DNA of 64,000 nucleotides from a bacterium (GTDB lineage Bacteria; UBP14; UBA6098; JAFGQG01): NCBI GenBank assembly GCA_016935765.1, contig JAFGQG010000082.1, positions 6,716 to 70,715 of the forward strand, read 5' to 3'. Shown piece by piece: positions 1 to 9,809 of this stretch (position 1 is its first letter; each line of letters starts with the position of its first letter). The notes under the pieces were generated by a model. It saw only the letters and a program-made list of their open reading frames with translations, ran no database searches and was not told where the DNA came from. The position numbers and the translations under genes were made by a program.

Positions 1-3000
1 TGTCACCTGATGCAAGTTCGAGTTCAAGGTCGATTATTGCGTTACCCAGACCAACGGGGGGATCAAAATTATACGCAATATTGAAGTTAATACTGCTTTT
101 ATCAGTTAATTCAAGTTCAGTAGGAAATGGGAACTCGAATATATTATATCGGAATCTGGCTGGACTGTAACCGAGCATAGTTCCCGAAACCACGAGGAAG
201 TAATCACCCTGAGTTGGAGAGGGAGCAAGGGGATCAGCGTCGTCGATGTGATAAATATCACATTCATCCACACTGAGACTAATATTTTCGTTCATTACTA
301 GGTCATTGGGTACGAAATCGTCCGGTTCGGCAGGTTCAAATGAACGGTAATAGACCCTTCTCAATGTGAAATTATCCAGGTATCCCTTAAGGAGCCACCT
401 TGTATCCATCCAAACTGATTCAACTCTTCTAACTGAGTCAGCGCTGCTGAAGGTGTTTGGGACCGGGTACCTGAAATCATAAGGTGATGTGTTGGTTATC
501 CAGTCGAACCAATGAATACCAGTTAGACCGCTCAGTTTATAACCCAGTCGGAAGCTGCCGGTTTCCCTCCAGGCTCTAAACATCAAAAAGAGACAGTGTT
601 TCGTACATAGTGTACAGGGAGGAGTCTGGTATACTTCAAATAAAAGGGTGCTATCTCTAGTAGAACTTCCTTCAGTTCTCTCTATTCGGAGAAGGCCATT
701 ATCCCCATCTATTTCTCGTCTGCCAATAATTAGTGGATCGTAAATATTGACAATATCACCGGGAACGTTCGACATGTAGCCGAAGATCAGTCTGGGGTCT
801 GGGTCTTCCCAGACCGCGGTCATGAAGTTCTCCACATCGATCAGAGTAGTGTAGGAGTCACCGGCGGCGATCCCTGTATTCGCATATTTAAATGAGGAAT
901 CAGGCAGCATTGCGAATTCGACGAACCAGCTATAGGAAGTATCACCCGTTGCGGCGTCAATTACAAACCAGCGCCAGAGAGTATCTCCACCGCTCAGTTC
1001 ATAGGACCAGGGACCTAGATCGTTACTGTACAATAATGAAGCGTATGTTTTCTTGGCATAGTTGGAATATATGTTCCTGACCTTGTGAATATTGATCTCT
1101 TCCCAATCAACAACTTCGTCTAAATTGTTGTCGTATTCGGACGCAAGAGGGTCGCCAAAGGAAGTATGATATGGATATTCGTAGAACGATGTTTTTCTCT
1201 CGAAGAGAGCGACCTGGTCAAGGTAGGCTCGGAGATTCCCGATACATGGCAGGTCGGTCTGATATCTTATAAGCACTTTCTGTATCAACCAGCCTGAGAG
1301 TTCATCAGGAAGTGGAACATCGATGTATCTCCAGAAATCACCGGATACAGGTCTCCAGGTCAGGTCATCTTCAGAGTCGATTTCGTTACGGTAAATAGGG
1401 ATCAAGGAATTCCCGAACTGGTCGGTCATACCGATGTTTTCTTCGCGCAAATAGTCGAGCATCACTTCAATCTCATGTGTCTCGGGGTTTTCGATCAATA
1501 AGTCCACTACTACCTTAGGCGGAATCAGCCCGGGCAGATCCTCCCTTTGGCTGTGAAGAGATGGAGAGTATTCCTGCCAGATATAATATCCGAGAGTCGT
1601 ATTTTCATCAATTCTGTATTCCAGGCTTTCCTTCATGCAGGCAAACGTAAATCCCCATTCCCAGGGTTCACCTGATGGCAATTCGAACGGGTCGAGGTAG
1701 CCATTTATTTCATAGACGCGTTCACGAGGTCCATATATCATAGTATCGATCGAGATGCCTGTGACAAAGCTCGGATCCGGACTTGGGAGGTATGATAATG
1801 TACAGTGAGGCGCGCCGCCAACTCCATTCCAGCCCTTAAAACCAATAATGTCACCAAGAATTTCGTCGTTGAGAAAACCTGAAGGAGGAGCATTCTTCGG
1901 TTCGAAATCAAGTATGATATTCTTGTTGCGAATCGATAGATTGTCTATATAAGCGTGTACTCTGCCTGACATATCATTAGGAGCGTCTTCATAGCCAATA
2001 GCAATTGCGATTATTGTTTTACCTTCGAATGGGGCTAATGAAGCAGTGACGCGGTGAAATTCGTCTTCCGGAACACCATAGGGTCGCCAGGCAGGATGCA
2101 TCCTGTCTCCATTTACATCGACAAATAAAGTATCCGTAATTGCACGTTTTTGATCATTAAATATAAGATCGATACAGATGTTTTTGCCATTAGCTGTTAC
2201 AGGCCAGAGGTCATAAGATATTTCAAGATAATCAGTTACTGGAATATTGCAGTTGAATAATTTAAAGTAAATATAACTGTTTTCCCAAATAGAGCTTCCC
2301 GCTCCGGAAAGATCGTTGCATATTATCTCTAATACTCTGTTTCCGGTTGCAAGAGTAAAAGTGTCGCATACGTGGTTGAACGTTGTATCAACACTAACCC
2401 TTCTTGTTTCGAGAACATAATCCCTGTAGCCAAAGGGATTAAACCTCGTTTCCCAGCCATCCCATGTAACACGGAACATACCATTCCAGTATACATTAGG
2501 ATCCCGGAAATACCTCTCAACCCAGTCAGCAAGCCCATTTAGGTTAGCGTCCATGTACTGATCATCCAATTTGGAGTTATAGCCCCCGGAGTTGTAAGGC
2601 CAGGGTACAAAGTCATTATGAAATGTGCCTCCGATATTATAAGTTCGTGGGCTGTGCTCAAGATATGAATCCCAACTGGCATAATTCGGGAATATCGTAT
2701 CGCCTTCAAATAGTTCAACCGGAAGTAAATGACCCATATTTCTAAGAAAATGAACTTCATCGCCATCCAGGGCATCGTAATAAGAGTTATCTGAGTTGGG
2801 GTTTAATGGGTCCAAACCCAGTTTGATTTCAGAACCATCACGAAGTTTATCATAATCAGTGTCAGGATTGTATGGATTTGTGCCATATATGTATTCATAG
2901 CTGTTCATAAGTGAATCATTATCGGAGTCGTTGAGGTAATTAATAATGAATACATCACCTGGTTTGATTGCGGTTGTTCTTCCAATGAACCTGTGATTCC

Positions 3001-6000
3001 CCGCTCTGCAAAGGTCTGCTTTCCTTGAAGGGTTAGTTATAGTATCGATGCTGGTAGTAATTATCCAGCCTCCGAAGGAAGTGAAAGCGCTTTCTGGCTC
3101 TGAAGGGAAACACGGATTGGGTACTGTTGCTCCATAAGGAACGTTGGGATAGCAACCAACTCTCTCGAGGCTGTCTCCCTCGTTCCAAAATACTTGCTCG
3201 ATCTTTCTCCCAGCATACAGATTCCAGAACTCCTCAAGGGTGTAATAAGTAGTATCTGAACCTGTAATATTGTTAATAGGCGATTCTCTGAGAATATTTC
3301 CATATACCGTAGGACCAGGATATTGGAGCATAATCGTAACATAATTACGGTGGGCAGCTTGAATAGAGGTCCAGTCACACAGGTTATCACACGTGAAGAC
3401 ACCATCAGCCCCTGTATTATAGGTGGGTGATTGGCGAGGTCGGTAGGTTAAACGTTTGTTGAGGGCGAAGTCATCGATAAACTTTCGATATATATCATCC
3501 CCGTAAAAATTCTCCTGGAGTATAAGTCCTGCAGCAATTTCTCCTCCTAAGGTTATAAGACCTAAGGGGACTCCATAAGATGGTTGATAAAGATAAACAG
3601 CAGCCTGGACAACATGGGCGATATTGCAGCCTGTCCACATATAGTTGACCTGGTCGAAATTCCAGGTGATGTTAGAACTGTCCTCGTGAGACCATTCCAA
3701 ACCCAACCATTCATTGAGGTGGTTTTCGAAGCACTTATCCACGTAGTCAGGGAGCTCCTCGGTTCCACCCGATCCGCCCTCCGAAATTGTATCTCCTTCA
3801 TATTCATCGAACCTGTAAGGTACCAAACCATCTACTCCAGTGATTACCTGCCTAAGAGCGAAAGGCGTAGAAGGATCACCTGGCATGTATATATCGAACA
3901 TTAAATTAAAATAGTTTTCGGGACTTGGATTATAATCAAAAGGTTCCGTTCCAATGTTCGCAAGGCGGAAACAGGTAATAACGTTTGCAGTACTAAAATC
4001 ATAGGCTGCGCTTATAGCCATATCCCAGGAGGTTGTGAGTGACCAGGTACTCTTAAGCGTTTGTTCGCCTTTAGTAGTAAAGGAAGCCTCACACTCAAGC
4101 GGGTTAACGGATAATTTTACAGCTTCTTCCAGGGAAGCGCTTAATTCAGCAGACATGCCTGATGCTCCCGCAATTCCTCTCGAGGTCGTTATTACATCTG
4201 AATGCGGTAGAAATACTATGCTGCTTGTTTGAACATAGAAAATCACCGGGTAAGCGGGTAGCAAGGGATGACAACCGTTCCTGATTACGTAAGGGAGCGG
4301 GTCATCAAGAGGATATTCACACATTTCACAGTATTTATATTGCCAGCTCATCCATTCAAGCCGGTCATCGTATTGGTCATAATCAGAACTGCCGCAATAC
4401 GGGTCTAAAACGCCGTAACCCAGCTCCGGCATATAATAAAGTTCAGCTCCGTTAGGGATACCGTCGCTATCCCAGTCCTGGAAATCTGTTATCCAGTCGG
4501 GGCGTGGAGCGACAAACTGGTGCTGAACCTTGTGGTGATCCTTCAAAGCTCCGGGCGATGGGTCCGAATAATCCAAAAGCGGACAACTGTGCCAGAGGTA
4601 CTCAGAATAGTCATCCAGACCGTCCATATCTGTGTCCCATCCGTCAACTCCGAGAATTGTGTCCAGTTCCCATTCGGTCATGATAAGTATGAAACCCCAC
4701 GCGGCGTAAGTAGTGTCGATAAACCGGTCAATGTAAAGCCCGTCGATAGGGCGCCCCATCAAAAACGCCCACTGAAGCCTGCCATCTTCCTCCCAGTAAT
4801 GAACTCCATAGTTTGAGTAATTGGGACCGCCGAAAAGTTCTCCTGAAGCTTCCAATCCATCGGGGATACCATCCCGGTCAGAATCAAGAGAGCCATAAAG
4901 AAGAGTATCCCATGGTTGATGAAAACGCATAAGACGGATCCTGTCACGATTATTGTGGTAATCGATCATGGCTTCTTCACCATACATATTATAAACGTAC
5001 ATATTCAAAAATCTTTCTTTAACTTCAGCAGCTTCATCGAAGCGGTCTTCGCTAACCAGCATTTCATATTTGAACTGCATCGGCGCTCCGCGTTTCTTGG
5101 TTAAAGGACGGATAGTCGTGGAAGGAGTACCATCGAATGGATAAACTTTAGGTTCGGGCGCAATCATTTCCTCCGGGAAGTCGCGCCTTGTTAACGGGGG
5201 CAGCATCCCCATCTCCAAATATAACTCGCGGTCGTTGAATTCCTCACCCTCAGTATATGGATCGGTCGGGTCGGAATTCATCATGATCTCCAGGTAGTCG
5301 GGAAGCCCGTCACGGTCAGTATCCTTGCTGTCTGAAGAGAGCCCCAGAATTGCCCTGGCTTCGGGACCAACATCACGCTTACAGGCAAATGCCCGTATCT
5401 TTGATCGAATAAACGTTACAGAAATTTCATGCTTGTCAATAGTCGATTGGATGTGAAACGCGTAGGGTTCATCATTAACAACCGGCGCGCCCCCTTTGAA
5501 CAGGGCTTTACTCAGCCAAATATTGGAATTGATGTTAAAATCCAAACCATCCAAATTTTCAAGATGAGCGCTCTTTAAGAAAAAAGGCGACGAGTAAACA
5601 AGAGCATTGAGGCAACTCGAACTCAATCCTTTTTCCTCGAGAGCAAGGCTATAGTTCTCTATCCTGTTATATCCGACAAATTTCCTTGTATTTTCTGCCT
5701 CTTCGGGGTCACTCCAGAATAAACCCTCTGATGATCTGCCCCAGATCCTCGCTTCTGATAACAAACCAACTTTTCCTTCTTCTGTTAAATCAAAGTGGCT
5801 CTTCAGAATGAAATAACTTTCGTCGGGACGATACCAATTTTGGAGTTGTTCTGTTGTTGCTAAAGACGTTGCAGTTTCGTCTATAACCAATCCCATTGAC
5901 AGTTCGGTATGAGCTACTAAACTGATTTCCACACCCTCGATATAAATAAGGTTGAGAGCTGCAATATTCCCGTTATCAAGCCTGATATTAAGGTTTGGCG

Positions 6001-6424
6001 AAGCTTCTTTAGCTGTTAATCTCAGTTTGTGGTCTCCCATAACTTCAAATGAATTTATAAAGGGTGATGCGATTTCAGAGCCATATTCGGGAAAACCACT
6101 CCAGGTATTCTCCAACCGGGTGATTGTGGGTTTCAATAATAGTTGGTCGAGTAATGTGATCTCTTTCCCTAAAACGACTACGGGGATGATCCGGTTATCG
6201 ATAAGGGTTGCTTCATTTGAGTACAATGAATAGAGGAGATAGATATCGCCAGGTCCATCTCTTGCCTCCTGGAATGATACTATCTCGGCATCAGAAATAT
6301 TATCATTCAGGTTTTCTACGACCAATTGAGCGTCGATAGGGGAACTTCTGTATTGCCCGAATGCAATTCCCGCAAAGACCAGGCACATGCTCAAGGTCAA
6401 CAGGATTTTTATAAATTTTTGCAT
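1..6424 (-). CDS. Giant secreted protein, paralog A. The 3' end is cut by the window edge and about 2141 codons are visible. It has TSP3-like Ca-binding repeats, a protective-antigen-like core and C-terminal beta-sandwich-like modules.
   Basis: The frame starting at ATG 6424 (RBS AGAGGTGA upstream) stays open to position 2. It is absent from the ORF track only because no stop lies in the window. My translation begins MQKFIKILLTLSMCLVFAGIAFGQ (signal peptide). It is colinear with the 2207- and 2282-aa ORFs: DWDSDGIPNGAE near 4450-4485, HPLLPAYP 4247-4270, NIGTEP 3941-3958, YIDNLSIRNK near 1925-1957. The last visible residues, SSINFNIAYNFDPPVGLGNAIIDLELELASGD, align about 90 aa before the C-terminus of the paralogs. 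Frame checks at 4, 1960, 3958, 4270 and 6424 are all congruent mod 3. Confidence 0.85.
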   Translation of the reverse strand, partial: MQKFIKILLTLSMCLVFAGIAFGQYRSSPIDAQLVVENLNDNISDAEIVSFQEARDGPGDIYLLYSLYSNEATLIDNRIIPVVVLGKEITLLDQLLLKPTITRLENTWSGFPEYGSEIASPFINSFEVMGDHKLRLTAKEASPNLNIRLDNGNIAALNLIYIEGVEISLVAHTELSMGLVIDETATSLATTEQLQNWYRPDESYFILKSHFDLTEEGKVGLLSEARIWGRSSEGLFWSDPEEAENTRKFVGYNRIENYSLALEEKGLSSSCLNALVYSSPFFLKSAHLENLDGLDFNINSNIWLSKALFKGGAPVVNDEPYAFHIQSTIDKHEISVTFIRSKIRAFACKRDVGPEARAILGLSSDSKDTDRDGLPDYLEIMMNSDPTDPYTEGEEFNDRELYLEMGMLPPLTRRDFPEEMIAPEPKVYPFDGTPSTTIRPLTKKRGAPMQFKYEMLVSEDRFDEAAEVKERFLNMYVYNMYGEEAMIDYHNNRDRIRLMRFHQPWDTLLYGSLDSDRDGIPDGLEASGELFGGPNYSNYGVHYWEEDGRLQWAFLMGRPIDGLYIDRFIDTTYAAWGFILIMTEWELDTILGVDGWDTDMDGLDDYSEYLWHSCPLLDYSDPSPGALKDHHKVQHQFVAPRPDWITDFQDWDSDGIPNGAELYYMPELGYGVLDPYCGSSDYDQYDDRLEWMSWQYKYCEMCEYPLDDPLPYVIRNGCHPLLPAYPVIFYVQTSSIVFLPHSDVITTSRGIAGASGMSAELSASLEEAVKLSVNPLECEASFTTKGEQTLKSTWSLTTSWDMAISAAYDFSTANVITCFRLANIGTEPFDYNPSPENYFNLMFDIYMPGDPSTPFALRQVITGVDGLVPYRFDEYEGDTISEGGSGGTEELPDYVDKCFENHLNEWLGLEWSHEDSSNITWNFDQVNYMWTGCNIAHVVQAAVYLYQPSYGVPLGLITLGGEIAAGLILQENFYGDDIYRKFIDDFALNKRLTYRPRQSPTYNTGADGVFTCDNLCDWTSIQAAHRNYVTIMLQYPGPTVYGNILRESPINNITGSDTTYYTLEEFWNLYAGRKIEQVFWNEGDSLERVGCYPNVPYGATVPNPCFPSEPESAFTSFGGWIITTSIDTITNPSRKADLCRAGNHRFIGRTTAIKPGDVFIINYLNDSDNDSLMNSYEYIYGTNPYNPDTDYDKLRDGSEIKLGLDPLNPNSDNSYYDALDGDEVHFLRNMGHLLPVELFEGDTIFPNYASWDSYLEHSPRTYNIGGTFHNDFVPWPYNSGGYNSKLDDQYMDANLNGLADWVERYFRDPNVYWNGMFRVTWDGWETRFNPFGYRDYVLETRRVSVDTTFNHVCDTFTLATGNRVLEIICNDLSGAGSSIWENSYIYFKLFNCNIPVTDYLEISYDLWPVTANGKNICIDLIFNDQKRAITDTLFVDVNGDRMHPAWRPYGVPEDEFHRVTASLAPFEGKTIIAIAIGYEDAPNDMSGRVHAYIDNLSIRNKNIILDFEPKNAPPSGFLNDEILGDIIGFKGWNGVGGAPHCTLSYLPSPDPSFVTGISIDTMIYGPRERVYEINGYLDPFELPSGEPWEWGFTFACMKESLEYRIDENTTLGYYIWQEYSPSLHSQREDLPGLIPPKVVVDLLIENPETHEIEVMLDYLREENIGMTDQFGNSLIPIYRNEIDSEDDLTWRPVSGDFWRYIDVPLPDELSGWLIQKVLIRYQTDLPCIGNLRAYLDQVALFERKTSFYEYPYHTSFGDPLASEYDNNLDEVVDWEEINIHKVRNIYSNYAKKTYASLLYSNDLGPWSYELSGGDTLWRWFVIDAATGDTSYSWFVEFAMLPDSSFKYANTGIAAGDSYTTLIDVENFMTAVWEDPDPRLIFGYMSNVPGDIVNIYDPLIIGRREIDGDNGLLRIERTEGSSTRDSTLLFEVYQTPPCTLCTKHCLFLMFRAWRETGSFRLGYKLSGLTGIHWFDWITNTSPYDFRYPVPNTFSSADSVRRVESVWMDTRWLLKGYLDNFTLRRVYYRSFEPAEPDDFVPNDLVMNENISLSVDECDIYHIDDADPLAPSPTQGDYFLVVSGTMLGYSPARFRYNIFEFPFPTELELTDKSSINFNIAYNFDPPVGLGNAIIDLELELASGD
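3400..4660 (-). other. Domain-level: protective-antigen / binary-toxin-B-like core of giant paralog A
   Basis: Ordered motifs: GWDTDMDGLDDY .. DWDSDGIPNGAE .. SSDYDQYDDRLEW .. HPLLPAYP (4247-4270) .. Ser/Thr-rich stretch .. NIGTEPFDYNP (3941-3958 onward) .. YNTGADG (about 3404-3428). The order and spacing match anthrax PA domains 1'/2 as I recall them. Confidence 0.5.
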
Positions 6425-6471
6425 TTTAACATCACCTCTTAATTTTGCTTAGGTTCTTTAATACTTATGTT

Positions 6472-9400
6472 TTAATATTTTATTATATAATTCAAAACTC
6501 TGTATGGTTGAAGGTTGTTATGAGCACTATCTCCGCCCCGATTACCAATTGTATGAGAATGATCTCCATCAGTATCTGTCTTCATCCAGTCAACAAAATT
6601 ATCGTTGTACCAATCATCGCTGCCGTCTTCGTTTGAAGTAAGAAAACCTTGAGTCAAACCGGTTGAATGAGCCTTTACTGCAGCGCCATCAAAAGGGGAA
6701 TCGATATAGTGCCAATGGTCGCCCTCTGTTGAACAAGAATGATTATGGGAAGGCATTTCATTCACGGTTAGTGTATGTGTTTTTGCTCCACTGGCGTCAT
6801 TTAATGCATCGAAATCAGCATCGGAGCCATCCAGACCTACAACAACTCTTCCTTTTAGGTTGGGAACCCTGAAGTTGGTGCCGCTTCCACCGTAAGTATA
6901 AGAGATAACTGCGAAAAGGTCAGCGTAAGTAGCAGTACCATACAAGGTGCCATCACACATCAGCCAGCCTGTCGGGGCTGTACTTCCAGCATAGGGGATT
7001 ACAGCTCCTACGGGCATGACATATCCGGTCTGGTCTTTAATCCTTCCCTTTACGTCGAGCTTGCATGAAGGATTTTCAGTTCCGATTCCCACGTTTCCAT
7101 CGAAGTAATTTTTCCCACCTTCAAAATAACCCGCGTAACCGTTGGTTCCCAAACCATAAATTGCTTTGCTGCTGGTAGCAGTTCCATAACCAGCCACTCC
7201 GAAATTTTTCCCCCTTCCGTAAACTCCGTAACCGACTCCACCTGTTCCCGGAACTTCTCCATCGCCGTATATTCCATAAACAATTAGCCCCCCGGAAGCT
7301 TCACCCTTAACGCCGTAGAATTCACTGCCACTCGATACTCCGCCAGATGTGCCTGCATAGGAGTAGGTTCCGTAACCGTCTGAAGCTGCGGCGCCTTCAC
7401 GATATATATACGCGCCATACCAAACACCTGCGGTGGAATTGTCTTCATATACCCTAATCACGTAGGGTGAGTCCACATCGAAGATTTTAATATCCGCGAC
7501 ACCGTCAGTAGAGGGCGACATGTAACCAGTATAATCTATCCAGTTATTTACGATAGCACCAATGTTGGTTCCTGGCCTCCACTCCGTGCCGTCCCATTCT
7601 AGAACATCACCAGCATCAGGAGTTTCATCATTTACATCTCCGATGGTATTGAGGTCAAAAGTACTTAACATATAACTGAAACTTATGGGTTTCCATGTAG
7701 AACCATCGAACCGGAAAATCTGGTGGTTCTCTGCACCGGTTGTGTTAACATCTGCCAGATCATTGATACTGTTATCCGCCAGGTTATCCCGGTTGACCGG
7801 AATTACGACATCCTGCTCTATAGCATGTTCGATAATCCTCAATGTATTTGCTCGGAAACCAAGACTATCAGTCGGTTCCCATATAAGAAAATCGATAAGT
7901 TCGTTCTCGTAATCGTCATCCAGGTCATAAGCAACGTGCCAAACCGTATCGTCCCCATCCCACTTGAGAACCTGTCCATGTACAATATTATCATAATCGA
8001 CATCGAAAAGGTCCTTTATGGTAGTAAAGGTATCAAGGTAAGCGCCGAGTGTATCCCAATTCACTGCAAGGGGATCACCAGCAGTTCCGTCGCCATTAAT
8101 TGAAAGGTCACTTTGTACTATTTGTGTTCCCCAATTGTCACCAAGACCGCCGGGTCCTATCGAGACCGGTCGCCACTGGCTTGCGGCATCCACCCATGTA
8201 AGCACCTGCGCGTCAGCGACACCAGCATCATTTACATCCAGAAGATCATTTATTTTAATTGTTGTATTAATGTAATCTTTTACAGAGTTCCAGTCTATAG
8301 CAAGTGGTTGGGCAGGGGTACCATCTCCAACAAGGGAATTATCACGTCGCACCACCTGTGTTCCCCAGTTATCCGCGCCGGTTGTGCCTCCGACATCCAT
8401 TGCCGGTCGCCATTCACCAGCTACCGAGAACCATTTAATGACCTGGCCATCAATCAATCCTGTTGTATTAACGTCATCTAATCCATCTAAAGTCTGTGGC
8501 ACAAAGCCTTCGATGTCCTGCCAGTCGCAATTGCCTAATCCATCCGCAATCAGCACCTGGTTTGAATCCCCTAATCCACTCCCGAAATCGAGACCGCTGT
8601 TTATCAGTAAATTTCCCTCAGATTTGAAAGCATATCCCCCGGGAGGACCGACTACGTGCAAAGGATAAGCCGGGTCGGTGGTCATAATTCCTACATTCCC
8701 GCTATGATAAATTTCCCCAGTCAGATCGCTTCCCGTATTGTAAGCCCAGTCATTGTCCTCAAAATCATCACCATCATCGAGATCACCGGGAACACCAGTG
8801 ATATCGTCCCAATGTACTGCTCCTGTACTATCGGCATAGTCGATGCTGATATCGTCTGGAACCTGGGCATCAGTAGCAGTCCCGCCAATTTCATTGAAAT
8901 TATGGGCATGGAAAGTATCTGAATAAGCTCCAAGGGTATCAATATTAAGGAGTACTACATTTTCACCCTCCATCATTATTTCGTCAGGAAGATTTGCGAT
9001 ATCCCCCCACGTGACTGCGCCTGTAGAATCTGCAAACAAAATTGTAATATTATTAGGGATCTGGGCATCGGTAGCGGTTCCTGAAATAGTTGAGAAATTG
9101 TGTGAATGCCCGATCAAAGAATAGTGCCCAAGTGTATCAGAACCGACATAACCGGCATCGTTAACGAGAAGAGAAACATTGTCTCCGGCAGTGATGACAT
9201 CGGGAGGCACTCCCGCAGAATCAGCATAAATAGCCCTTATTGCGAACACCTCGGAGATCAACCTCTGTCTTGGGATCAAAGCATCGCCATTTACCGCTAT
9301 TTGCAGATAATACTGCGCTTCTGAAAAATCAAGATTTAATGCATTAACACTACCCAGGACAACATCGAATAAACCGTTAGTAATTGGAACATTCCAATGG

Positions 9401-9594
9401 GTTTCGCTCCATATTCCCGGTCCGCCGGTAAGATTACGGTAAATTCCGAACTGGATGTTGCTGGTTCCATTAATTGCAACCCCAGATGAATTGGTTAATT
9501 TGCCTTGATAGGGTATTAACCTGGGAACTGCCCAGGTTGTAGTTACCGCACAGAAAATAAACAAAACTAAAACTAATAGTGTTTTTTTAAACAT
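6472..9594 (-). CDS. Secreted tail-fibre-like protein F1. It has the conserved N-terminal VPRL domain, a repetitive shaft, a Gly/Tyr-rich junction and a C-terminal phage tail-collar (MdpB/COG4675-like) domain.
   Basis: The ORF track gives 6472..9645. I moved the start to ATG 9594 (MFKKTLLVLVLFIFCAVTTTWA, AGGAGG 8 nt upstream), which gives a canonical signal peptide. The C-terminus reads PVGAVIPYAGSTAPTGWLMCDGTLYGTATYADLFAVISYTYGGSGTNFRVPNLKGRVVVG .. HTLTVNEMPSHNH .. AHNNLQPYRVLNYIIKY and fits the tail-collar consensus. Confidence 0.9.
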   Translation of the reverse strand: MFKKTLLVLVLFIFCAVTTTWAVPRLIPYQGKLTNSSGVAINGTSNIQFGIYRNLTGGPGIWSETHWNVPITNGLFDVVLGSVNALNLDFSEAQYYLQIAVNGDALIPRQRLISEVFAIRAIYADSAGVPPDVITAGDNVSLLVNDAGYVGSDTLGHYSLIGHSHNFSTISGTATDAQIPNNITILFADSTGAVTWGDIANLPDEIMMEGENVVLLNIDTLGAYSDTFHAHNFNEIGGTATDAQVPDDISIDYADSTGAVHWDDITGVPGDLDDGDDFEDNDWAYNTGSDLTGEIYHSGNVGIMTTDPAYPLHVVGPPGGYAFKSEGNLLINSGLDFGSGLGDSNQVLIADGLGNCDWQDIEGFVPQTLDGLDDVNTTGLIDGQVIKWFSVAGEWRPAMDVGGTTGADNWGTQVVRRDNSLVGDGTPAQPLAIDWNSVKDYINTTIKINDLLDVNDAGVADAQVLTWVDAASQWRPVSIGPGGLGDNWGTQIVQSDLSINGDGTAGDPLAVNWDTLGAYLDTFTTIKDLFDVDYDNIVHGQVLKWDGDDTVWHVAYDLDDDYENELIDFLIWEPTDSLGFRANTLRIIEHAIEQDVVIPVNRDNLADNSINDLADVNTTGAENHQIFRFDGSTWKPISFSYMLSTFDLNTIGDVNDETPDAGDVLEWDGTEWRPGTNIGAIVNNWIDYTGYMSPSTDGVADIKIFDVDSPYVIRVYEDNSTAGVWYGAYIYREGAAASDGYGTYSYAGTSGGVSSGSEFYGVKGEASGGLIVYGIYGDGEVPGTGGVGYGVYGRGKNFGVAGYGTATSSKAIYGLGTNGYAGYFEGGKNYFDGNVGIGTENPSCKLDVKGRIKDQTGYVMPVGAVIPYAGSTAPTGWLMCDGTLYGTATYADLFAVISYTYGGSGTNFRVPNLKGRVVVGLDGSDADFDALNDASGAKTHTLTVNEMPSHNHSCSTEGDHWHYIDSPFDGAAVKAHSTGLTQGFLTSNEDGSDDWYNDNFVDWMKTDTDGDHSHTIGNRGGDSAHNNLQPYRVLNYIIKY

Positions 9595-9774
9595 AATCGT
9601 TAAACCTCCTAATTTTTTTGCATCAACACGGTTAATGCACTCCAAAAGGTATTTCTATTTAATTTTGAATTACACATTAATAATTTTAATTTAATTCTTC
9701 TGCCTTTTTTACAATTTTTTTAAATGCGTTCATTCACGCATATCATTATTCTTTAATATATATTGATTCGATAA

Positions 9775-9809
9775 TCAATAATCAATATTCAATAGTCAAT
9801 TATCAATTA
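9775..9809. repeat. Five tandem heptamers TCAAT(A/T)N overlapping the stop codon of F2, in the F2-F1 spacer
   Basis: Read directly: tcaataa tcaatat tcaatag tcaatta tcaatta (9775-9809). The F2 stop TGA is the reverse complement of 9803-9805. Confidence 0.8.

Noticed and set aside
5081-5110. Dibasic LTKKRGAP in giant A as a furin-like activation site analogous to RKKR of anthrax PA
   Set aside because: It is not conserved: B has QIYRSPGTP and C has QSKRFGPP at the aligned position. It also lies about 200 aa upstream of the Ca-binding motif, against about 10 aa in PA. This is too weak to support.
9595-9645. Longer N-terminal extensions given by the ORF track (6472..9645, 30995..37843, 42539..43168, 56982..57323, 57313..57708)
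   Set aside because: In each case an internal ATG is preceded by a good GGAGG-type RBS. That start gives a canonical signal peptide or domain start, and the upstream extension has no RBS. Starts were moved to 9594, 37816, 42596, 57009 and 57379.
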